DNA of 64,000 bases from an uncultured Clostridia bacterium (GTDB lineage Bacteria > Bacillota > Clostridia > TANB77 > CAG-508). Shown here one piece after another: positions 49,936 through 57,549 of the stretch (the first letter of the stretch is position 1; each line of letters opens with the position of its first letter). Made by a program: the position numbers and the translations under genes. The notes below the pieces were generated by a model. That model saw only the letters and a list, made by a program, of their open reading frames with translations, was not told where the DNA came from and did not search any database. The stretch spans positions 1,973 to 65,972 of the forward strand of contig CALXVT010000003.1 of NCBI GenBank assembly GCA_944392175.1. Reading direction: 5' to 3'.

Positions 49936-50049
49936 CTTGCATTTTATGTAAAGTATGATATAATAATATTTATATATGCACATTGAAAAAATAGTAAAGG
50001 AGGGCACTTTTTACACTTTATTCCAGCGAATTGTTTCGCTGATTACATA
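49936..50049 (+). promoter_or_regulatory. Promoter and conserved structured leader (copy 2)
   Basis: CATTTTATGTAAAGTATGATATAATAATATTT nearly identical to copy 1; GCACATTGAAAA at 49978; CAGCGAA-ttgt-TTCGCTG hairpin followed by ATTACATA. Confidence 0.65.
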
Positions 50050-50080
50050 TTACAATAGAATTATTTAAAGGAGAAAAAAA

Positions 50081-50662
50081 ATGAATAAAGACATAAAAAA
50101 AGCAATAACTATATCTATAATTAAGGACAATAAAAAATTCAGTGAACAAAAAGCATATATGCTTGGAAAACTTGCATTTAAAATTGATAGTTCTTTTAAA
50201 GCCGGAGAAGTATCTGGAGAGGCTCTCCTTAACACAGTTAAGGACGTATTGCCAAATCAGGAAAGATCTGTACTGCTATTGCGGTATAATCTATCCTTGA
50301 AAAACTCAAAGATGCAGTTGCAATCACTTTCTGCCATAGGAGATTCACTTGGACTTTCTCATGAAAGAATAAGAAAGATAGAACTGCAGGCTTTGAAAAA
50401 ATTACGCCACCCGGCAAATATTATCAGATTTTCTTTAAGAGAATCTGATATTGCAACTAAAGAAAGGTTATCTAAAGGTGATCGAACTCTTGATATAGAG
50501 TGTCTTTGCCTTGATTCAAAGTTAACCTTATATTTAAAAAGGGCTGGCAAAAACAAAATTGCCGATTTGTGCGATATGACTTATGAAGAATTACTTCAGA
50601 TTAGGTCTGTCGGGCAAAAAGGTGTAGACGAGATTTTTGAAAGACTCAAACCTTTTAGATAA
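50081..50662 (+). CDS. Sigma-70 region 4 HTH fused to one alpha-CTD-like domain
   Basis: SLSAIGDSLGLSHERIRKIELQALKKLRHP; DIECLCL...YLKRAG..KIADL...EELLQIRSVGQKGVDEI. Confidence 0.75.
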   Translation: MNKDIKKAITISIIKDNKKFSEQKAYMLGKLAFKIDSSFKAGEVSGEALLNTVKDVLPNQERSVLLLRYNLSLKNSKMQLQSLSAIGDSLGLSHERIRKIELQALKKLRHPANIIRFSLRESDIATKERLSKGDRTLDIECLCLDSKLTLYLKRAGKNKIADLCDMTYEELLQIRSVGQKGVDEIFERLKPFR

Positions 50663-50748
50663 TCTTGTTTAAATAGAAGCAGGTGGGTATATTTAAGTAT
50701 CCCACCTGCTTGTTCTAATTTTATATTAACAATTTTGAATTATTATTT

Positions 50749-51201
50749 TTAATCTTTTTTAAATAAACTCCTTATTTTTATAAATAATTTTTTTATCCAA
50801 TTATTTTCTTTATATTCAATTATTTCATTTTTTTCTTTATTAATATTATTATATTTTACATTACTGTTTCTATTTTTAAAAACATTTTCTGGACTATATT
50901 TTTGGTTTATTTCTTTTCTTTTTTGTATATTTTGCTTGTCAATATATTCAAATCTTTTTTTATCTTCATCACTTGCCCAAAAAAGTCTATATAACATTGC
51001 TAAAATATTTTTCGTATCATCTGATAAATCTTGTTTTTCAAATGGAATAGCAATATTATAAGTAAAAGTACTCTTTTCGTCACAATTTTCTTCCATATAT
51101 GTAATGTAATTTTTGGGAATTTTATTATAATTCTCTAAAGAAATGTATTTTAATACTTCTAATACTTCAGCATATGCAATACCATAATCTAAGTTCTTCA
51201 T
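50749..51201 (-). CDS. Hypothetical protein
   Basis: AYAEVLEVL...KIP...TKNILAMLY..FW pattern; ATGA overlap with the helicase gene; GGAGG RBS. Confidence 0.7.
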   Translation of the reverse strand: MKNLDYGIAYAEVLEVLKYISLENYNKIPKNYITYMEENCDEKSTFTYNIAIPFEKQDLSDDTKNILAMLYRLFWASDEDKKRFEYIDKQNIQKRKEINQKYSPENVFKNRNSNVKYNNINKEKNEIIEYKENNWIKKLFIKIRSLFKKD

Positions 51202-53054
51202 TCGTGTTCCTCCAATCCAGTATATCCAGAATTATCTAGACCTACTCCATTATTTTTAAAATCGGCTTGCTTATTTAATGTTTGCGAAATATTGTCTGCA
51301 CTTAATTTCCCTTCTTTATCTAATTCTCTTCCAATTTCTTGTACAGAAACCTTACCTCTATATACATTAAGCACAGTATCATCAATCTCATTAATTCTAT
51401 CACTAATTTTTGTCAAACCTTTTCTATATTTTTTTGGTAATGATTTTACATATTTTCTAAATTGTAACATATCATAAAATCTATCTTGGTTAGCATATTG
51501 ACTTAAAATTATATCTGGATTAACTCCGCATATAATATCTGTAAATATTGCACAATTTTGATATGGTGAATATTCATCAAAATAAACTCTTGCAATATTT
51601 TTATCAAATTCTGCCCTCTTCTCTTCTAGCTTTATTCTTAATTCTTGTCTTTCCGCTTCTTTTGCTTTTTCTTGTTCATTATCATACTCATCATCATAAT
51701 CATCGTCATACTCATCATAATACTCGTCGTCATAATAATCATCATAAGACGGTCTTAAGTAGTCATCAATAATTCTATCAATTTGTTGATCAAAAGCATC
51801 ATTTTCAATATAATCAATTGTTCGAGATATTTCTTCAAATACTTCGTCTTTATCAACTGACTCTGTTGAAAAATTAGCTATAAATTCTGCTTCCTCTTCA
51901 ATAGTTGTGTTTCCAAGTAATATGTCTTTAATATTAGCACTTAATTTAATAGATAAATCTTCATTTGGAGCATCTAATAACCTATCATATAATCTTTCTG
52001 TACTATATTCATAAGACTCTGCATATCCAGCAAATTCAGAGCAATAATATGTATATCCCTCATCAAAATATCCTTTTCTTCCTGCTCTTCCAGCTAGTTG
52101 ATCGAATAGATTTTTACTAATAGGTCCCTCATAATATTTTGCAAGCTGGGCAAATATTACGTTTTGAACTGGAAAGTTAACACCTAATGCTAGTGCATCA
52201 GTACCAACAACAGTATCAATTAAACCTTGTTCAAAACACTTCTCTATAAAAAGCTTTTCTTTAGGTAATAATCCACCATAATATCCAGCAAGTCCTTTTT
52301 TCGCATCCTCTAATATTTTGTAATTATCTATTTTATCTTGCTTTGCTAATGCAGATATTTGACCTATTTTTTCATCGTCTTGATCACTTCTTAATTCCCA
52401 TAAATCATATACTATGTTATTTATATTTTTTCTTGAAAAAGTTACAATTAAAGAATCTTTAATATCTTTTGGTTCAATATCTCCTTTAAAGAATAAAGAT
52501 GTTAACCTTGAATCGTTTTCATAGCACATAAAATCTCTTTCAGAAACTTTATCAGCATAATCTTTTAATTTATTAACATCACCCAACGTGGCCGAACATA
52601 AAAGTATATTTTTAGCTTTTGAATTATGTAATGCATCAATATATGTTCTTGCTCTAGATGGATTTTCAAATATATAATGAAATTCATCAACAATTAATGT
52701 TGCATTTTCTATATTTGAATATTTATTTGTATATATTTCTTGAGTACAACAAATAAAGTCGCAATCTTCTGGAACATTTTTTACATCTCCAGTTTCTATT
52801 CCTACAGTATATCCTTCATCAACTAGTTCTCTATATCTTTGATTTGATAATGCTTTAATTGGCGCAGTTATAAAAATTGGTCTTTCTTTCTTTTTTAGTG
52901 CCCATTCTAGAAAAACTTTTGTCTTTCCACTTCCAGTTGGTGAACTTAAAATAACATTATCCTCGTTTTCAATTTCTTTTAAACATTTTTCTTGCCAATT
53001 TACATTTCCGTCACCAATTCTATCATATTTTCTATATTTATCTTCTGTTTCCAT
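51198..53054 (-). CDS. Ski2-like (DExH) superfamily 2 helicase
   Basis: SPTGSGKT, APIKALSNQ, DEFH, SAT, TDALALGVNFP, QLAGRAGRKG; Tyr/Asp-rich acidic insert. Confidence 0.85.
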   Translation of the reverse strand: METEDKYRKYDRIGDGNVNWQEKCLKEIENEDNVILSSPTGSGKTKVFLEWALKKKERPIFITAPIKALSNQRYRELVDEGYTVGIETGDVKNVPEDCDFICCTQEIYTNKYSNIENATLIVDEFHYIFENPSRARTYIDALHNSKAKNILLCSATLGDVNKLKDYADKVSERDFMCYENDSRLTSLFFKGDIEPKDIKDSLIVTFSRKNINNIVYDLWELRSDQDDEKIGQISALAKQDKIDNYKILEDAKKGLAGYYGGLLPKEKLFIEKCFEQGLIDTVVGTDALALGVNFPVQNVIFAQLAKYYEGPISKNLFDQLAGRAGRKGYFDEGYTYYCSEFAGYAESYEYSTERLYDRLLDAPNEDLSIKLSANIKDILLGNTTIEEEAEFIANFSTESVDKDEVFEEISRTIDYIENDAFDQQIDRIIDDYLRPSYDDYYDDEYYDEYDDDYDDEYDNEQEKAKEAERQELRIKLEEKRAEFDKNIARVYFDEYSPYQNCAIFTDIICGVNPDIILSQYANQDRFYDMLQFRKYVKSLPKKYRKGLTKISDRINEIDDTVLNVYRGKVSVQEIGRELDKEGKLSADNISQTLNKQADFKNNGVGLDNSGYTGLEEHE

Positions 53055-53066
53055 TTAATTACCTCT

Positions 53067-53825
53067 TTAACTTATAAAATATTCTTTTGCTTTATTCAAT
53101 GCCTTTTCTAATTCACCATATTTTTTCATTCTATGATCTGCACCTTCAATTTCAAATAATTCAAAATTTGATTTATCTAAATTTATCAATTCTTTTGTAT
53201 CATTTATAGGTGCAACATCATCTTCTGTTCCTTGAATAATTAAAATTTTCTGATTATTTTTATATAATTTTAATATTTGATTTTGTTTTAGTTCTTCATA
53301 AAATGAAAAAGGAATATTCATGCTTCTTTCAAATCCTAATTTAGTAAATCCTCTTTCTTTGAATTTATCAAATGGTTCTCTTAATAAAGTATTTTTTAAA
53401 ATCTCATCCATTTTTATTGCTGGAGCTCTTAATATTATTTTATTATACTTGGTTTTATATTTAAATAACTTAAGTAATGTAATATATGCTCCAAAACTTG
53501 TTGCAAAGATATCTATTTTTATCTCATTATCATATTTTACTTTTATATAATCTTCTATACTTATTATATCATTTATACAATTATCTATAGTTAATTTATC
53601 TGCTTCTACTTCACTTTCGCCATGCCCTGGGAAATCAAAACAAATTAGTCCAAATCCTTCTTCTAGCATTTTTTCAGCAAGTAAATTAATTGTACTACTT
53701 TCTTTATCTCCACCAAATCCGTGTATTGCTATAATAATCTCCTTAGGTTTACTTTCGGGCAAATAAAACTTAGTAGAAATATTATATCCTTTTAAACTTT
53801 TTGTTTTAAATTCTTGTATCTTCAT
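53067..53825 (-). CDS. Alpha/beta hydrolase
   Basis: IHGFGG, FDFPGHGES, ATSFGA nucleophile elbow, QGTEDDV, GADH. Confidence 0.85.
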   Translation of the reverse strand: MKIQEFKTKSLKGYNISTKFYLPESKPKEIIIAIHGFGGDKESSTINLLAEKMLEEGFGLICFDFPGHGESEVEADKLTIDNCINDIISIEDYIKVKYDNEIKIDIFATSFGAYITLLKLFKYKTKYNKIILRAPAIKMDEILKNTLLREPFDKFKERGFTKLGFERSMNIPFSFYEELKQNQILKLYKNNQKILIIQGTEDDVAPINDTKELINLDKSNFELFEIEGADHRMKKYGELEKALNKAKEYFIS

Positions 53826-54246
53826 TTTTACTCCTATTTAAATATTCTTTTATAAATTCTTTTGTAGGTGAATATAAATTATCTGGTAAATTATCTAAAT
53901 CAAACCATTTCCATTCAGTATGTTTATTTGGCTCCATATTTACTAATTCACCATCAAATTTATTAGCAATTATTTGAATAGTTATATAGTGTTTTTTAGG
54001 TGCAATATCATCTACCACATTAAATATCTTTAAATCAGATATATCTAAATTAGTTTCTTCTTTTGTTTCTCTAATTGCTCCTTCTAAAATCGTTTCATCA
54101 TATTCTTGTTTTCCTCCTGGAAAAGTCCAACTACCAGGTTCATATATTCCTCCGGTATCGCCATATTTTTCTGAACGATGACCTAGTAAAACTTTATTTC
54201 CATCTTTTATCATAATTCCTAATCCAACTTTTATAATCTCATTCAT
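53806..54246 (-). CDS. NUDIX hydrolase (MutT/NUDT15-like)
   Basis: PGGKQEYDETILEGAIRETKEETNL; NMEPNKHTEWKWF; GAGGTG RBS before ATG 54246. Confidence 0.85.
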   Translation of the reverse strand: MNEIIKVGLGIMIKDGNKVLLGHRSEKYGDTGGIYEPGSWTFPGGKQEYDETILEGAIRETKEETNLDISDLKIFNVVDDIAPKKHYITIQIIANKFDGELVNMEPNKHTEWKWFDLDNLPDNLYSPTKEFIKEYLNRSKNEDTRI

Positions 54247-54412
54247 AAAAAACACCTCAATATTATTTATTTAATTTTATATGATAACTAAATAATATAC
54301 AACATGTATTCAAAAAAAAAATTAGTATAAGAAATCCTTATACTAATTTTAATCTTTTAATCTGTGGGTATATAACTTATAGCCACAGATTTTTACGTAT
54401 ACAACAAGGTTA

Positions 54413-54477
54413 GGCTACATTGGACCGTCCGAGCAAAGCGAGTGACATGTATTTCGCCGTTGCTTCAGAGAGTAGCC
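54413..54477. ncRNA. Candidate structured RNA or DNA hairpin of unknown family
   Basis: GC-rich island in an AT-rich intergenic region; nested pairings GGCTAC/GTAGCC, TCCGA/TCAGA (G-U on the minus strand), AGCAA/TTGCT, GCGA/TCGC. Confidence 0.35.
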
Positions 54478-54504
54478 CTGCGAAATGCCTTTCTTATTTA
54501 AAAT

Positions 54505-55554
54505 TTAAACACTACATTCTTTTCCTCTTCCTTTTCGTAGCATTTCATAAAAGTCTTCTATATTAGCTTCTTTTCCCGTCTTTCCAAATCTAAATTCACC
54601 TAAATTACTTCTAAAATGCTTTCTTTCAATATTTTTTTCAATAATATTTTCTCTTTTTTGAAGAAGATTCTTTATTATTTTATTCTTTTCTTCTAATGAT
54701 GTATTATCTATTTTAACAACATTTTTATCATTTAGACAAACTGAAATATTCCCTTGTGGAGATATTCTAAGCTTATGACAAGAACCACATGGATATTTCC
54801 ATGAAAACATTGCAAGAATTCCAACGGTAATAGTATCATTAATTCTATAATATCTCATAGAAGGATTGTCTCCACTAATTTGTTTTCGTGAAATTTCTTT
54901 AATAGTTCCTAATTTTTTAAGTTCATTTAAAATATTAACTTCTGTAATATATTCATTAACCCAAAAGTTTTGACCATCTTCTTCTAGTTGATTTGGATTG
55001 CAGGGGAAAAATTGCAAAAATCTTACTATAATTCTTTCTTTGCCATATATTTTATTCTTTTCAATAGCATAATTTATAAAGTCTTTAATTTCATTTATAT
55101 TATCTTTCATCACAACCATATTTATTTTAATTAAACAATCAGTTTTTTCTAACATTTTGTCAATTCCTTTAAGAACATTATCTAATGCATCTATTCCAAC
55201 TATATTCTTAAATTTTTCTTTATTCATAGTATCTAAACTTATATTTATTCTACTAATACCACTATCTTTTAATTCTTCCACTTTTTTCTCTAAAAAGAAA
55301 CCATTTGTAGTCATTGATTGCTCTTCATATCCAAGTTCTTTTGCATATTTCATAAATTCACAAATACTATTTTTAAATAAAGGTTCTCCTCCTGTCCAAT
55401 GGATCCTTTTAACACCGTTATTTTTCGCAGCTTCTATTATTTCTTTAATATCTTTATCACTCATATCTTTCGAAACACTATTATGTGAATTACAGTAACT
55501 ACATCTAAAGTTACAATTTGATGTTATTCCAAATCTTAAATGCCAATCTTCCAT
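54505..55554 (-). CDS. Divergent MoaA-like radical SAM enzyme
   Basis: CNFRCSYC, TGGEP, MTTNG, RINISLDT, KINMV, second cluster CX2CX13C (CGSCHKLRISPQGNISVC); lacks the C-terminal GG motif of MoaA. Confidence 0.75.
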   Translation of the reverse strand: MEDWHLRFGITSNCNFRCSYCNSHNSVSKDMSDKDIKEIIEAAKNNGVKRIHWTGGEPLFKNSICEFMKYAKELGYEEQSMTTNGFFLEKKVEELKDSGISRINISLDTMNKEKFKNIVGIDALDNVLKGIDKMLEKTDCLIKINMVVMKDNINEIKDFINYAIEKNKIYGKERIIVRFLQFFPCNPNQLEEDGQNFWVNEYITEVNILNELKKLGTIKEISRKQISGDNPSMRYYRINDTITVGILAMFSWKYPCGSCHKLRISPQGNISVCLNDKNVVKIDNTSLEEKNKIIKNLLQKRENIIEKNIERKHFRSNLGEFRFGKTGKEANIEDFYEMLRKGRGKECSV

Positions 55555-55614
55555 TTTTAATCCCTCCTTTTAAAAATTTTTTAATGTGTTCTAAAACCAT
55601 AAAAATATAGTTTA

Positions 55615-56109
55615 TCATCTTTGATCAAATTCATTATCATTGTTTTCTGGACACTTTATATTACATTTCTTTACTTCTTCTTTTAAAAATTCCGTTATAA
55701 AGAAAATTACATCTTCAATAGCTTCATTCGCATCTGATTTATGTATAGCATTAAGAAAAAAAATATCATTTCCTATATTTAATACTGCATTTGGTGGACT
55801 AAATTTATATCTTATCGTTTCTTTGTCGCACATACTACCTAAAGGCTTATCACCACATATTTTTATTAAATCTTTAATAGCATTTTTACCAGCTACTAAA
55901 CCAACTATAGCACGTCCATTTTTTAATTGGTCTGTATTTAATTTTTTAAATTTTAAATTTTTTTCATTTTTATAAAGTCTATTCAAAAAATCTTCATTTA
56001 GAACAATATCTCTTGAAAATATTATATTTAAATTTTCAGAAATAATTTTTAAAATTTTATCCTTTTTTTCATATGCACAAGGCTTTATCATAAATAAACT
56101 ATATTCCAT
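55615..56109 (-). CDS. Nucleoside diphosphate kinase-like protein
   Basis: FMIKP, TIRYKF, NAIHKSD (canonical NxxHGSD); GGAG RBS before ATG 56109. Confidence 0.7.
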   Translation of the reverse strand: MEYSLFMIKPCAYEKKDKILKIISENLNIIFSRDIVLNEDFLNRLYKNEKNLKFKKLNTDQLKNGRAIVGLVAGKNAIKDLIKICGDKPLGSMCDKETIRYKFSPPNAVLNIGNDIFFLNAIHKSDANEAIEDVIFFITEFLKEEVKKCNIKCPENNDNEFDQR

Positions 56110-56110
56110 T

Positions 56111-56659
56111 TTAATCTCCAATATGATTTTTTAATAATTCCACAGATTTCATTGTAAAATTATATAATATTTTAAAATCATCTTTTATCATTTGCTTAAT
56201 TTTATACATTGTATAAAACGCTATATCATATTCTTCTTTTGATACAATATTATTTAAAAGTGCATCTTTTAATTCATTTTCATCTAACGCATAAAATGTA
56301 CCATCAGGTAATACAACTAAATCTAAATATAAATCTTCGCTATATGGTATTTCTCCATCATATTTACAATAAGATTTTCCAATATCAAAATACCATTGTT
56401 TTAAATTCCACTCATTATCAAACATTACTGTCATACAGTATTTTTCTTCTTTTGGAAAGTATGTCATAATTTTATAATCTTTTGCTATTACTAAATCAGT
56501 TGTTCCATCTGGTCTTATTACTTCAAAATTTTCATTTAATTTTTCTATTTCTATTAATGAAATTTTTCCTTTAAACTTTTCATCGTTTGAATCAGAAATT
56601 ATAAATTTTTTGTTTACTATATTTTTATCTGTTCTTCTATCTGCAAAATTTAATTTCAT
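56111..56659 (-). CDS. DUF402 family protein (nucleoside tri/diphosphate phosphatase-like)
   Basis: QWYFDI...EDLYLDLVV.PDG....LDENEL..AL. Confidence 0.75.
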   Translation of the reverse strand: MKLNFADRRTDKNIVNKKFIISDSNDEKFKGKISLIEIEKLNENFEVIRPDGTTDLVIAKDYKIMTYFPKEEKYCMTVMFDNEWNLKQWYFDIGKSYCKYDGEIPYSEDLYLDLVVLPDGTFYALDENELKDALLNNIVSKEEYDIAFYTMYKIKQMIKDDFKILYNFTMKSVELLKNHIGD

Positions 56660-56668
56660 ATTATCTTT

Positions 56669-57229
56669 TCATCGCTCCTCTAACATTTTCAATAAATTTT
56701 GATATTTATCTCTTTCTTTTTCTTTCATATATTCAAATTCTATTTTATTCCAGCTACGTTGTAATTTACTAATAATTCCATCTGCTCCCTCATCTATGCT
56801 ACATTGCCTTCTTCCATACCATGCATAAAAAAGAGTAAGCGGATGTTCAATATGTGCTACTGCATCAGCTGTTGCGATAATTTTTTCTTCAAGTGTATTT
56901 CTTATAAATTCAGATGAACCACGGTGTTTTAATATACAATTTTTTACTTTAGTTATAAATTCATTATCAATATCGTATTTTATTAAAAATTGTTCAGCAT
57001 ATTCTGTGCCAGTAATATGATGATTCTTTCTTTCCCCTACCATTTTAGTAATATCATGTAAATATGCAGAAATCTCAACTACTTGTAAATTTGCTCCTAG
57101 TTCTTTAGACATATTTGACGCAATTTCTACAACAGGATTTATGTGATATTTAATTCTGTCGTCTTTACATACATTATTTAATAATTCTTTAATATCATTT
57201 ATTAAAATTTGATATTCTTTATTTTGCAA
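56669..57229 (-). CDS. HD-domain phosphohydrolase
   Basis: YHI, AYLHDI, HH, ILKHR, IATADA. Confidence 0.8.
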   Translation of the reverse strand: MQNKEYQILINDIKELLNNVCKDDRIKYHINPVVEIASNMSKELGANLQVVEISAYLHDITKMVGERKNHHITGTEYAEQFLIKYDIDNEFITKVKNCILKHRGSSEFIRNTLEEKIIATADAVAHIEHPLTLFYAWYGRRQCSIDEGADGIISKLQRSWNKIEFEYMKEKERDKYQNLLKMLEER

Positions 57230-57451
57230 ATTATATCATCTCTTTCTAAAGCTTTTCCTACAAGAAATCTAATTTCTTCTTTATATAATATATATTCAAT
57301 ACTCTATATAAATATGCATATAATATTATTTTTATTTTCATTCACAAGCACAGATATTACTAACTTTATCCTTTGTCTTAGAGTTTCCATAAACTTGTGT
57401 ACAATTGTTGTAGCAAAGAGACTTCAATACAATATGAATGATTGTATTAAT

Positions 57452-57496
57452 AAAAAAGAAGTGTAATCTGTTTTATTTAGGTTACACTTCTTTTAT
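57452..57496 (-). terminator. secA terminator
   Basis: AAAAGAAGTGTAATCT-loop-AGGTTACACTTCTTTT. Confidence 0.7.
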
Positions 57497-57549
57497 TTTA
57501 AACTTTTTAAATTTTTTTATTTAAGTTTTAAAAGCTTTAAATATAGGTA

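Noticed and set aside
47993-50662. Calling the sigma4-containing genes sigma factors or rpoA
   Set aside because: No sigma region 2 and no alpha N-terminal domain
54430-54470. CTGAAG...CGAAA on the minus strand, suggesting a hammerhead ribozyme
   Set aside because: The core CUGANGA is not matched and stems II and III cannot form properly
54505-55554. Calling the radical SAM gene moaA or a viperin outright
   Set aside because: It lacks the MoaA C-terminal GG motif and Moco gene context, yet retains the second Fe-S motif that viperins lack; left unnamed
43400-57300. Prophage or integrative element explaining the accessory region
   Set aside because: No integrase, transposase, phage structural gene, tRNA target or flanking direct repeats were seen
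57205-57466. ORF 57209-57466 (+) and an interrupted minus-strand frame starting at 57390
   Set aside because: No RBS or recognisable domain; the minus frame has an internal TAG; at most a decayed gene remnant
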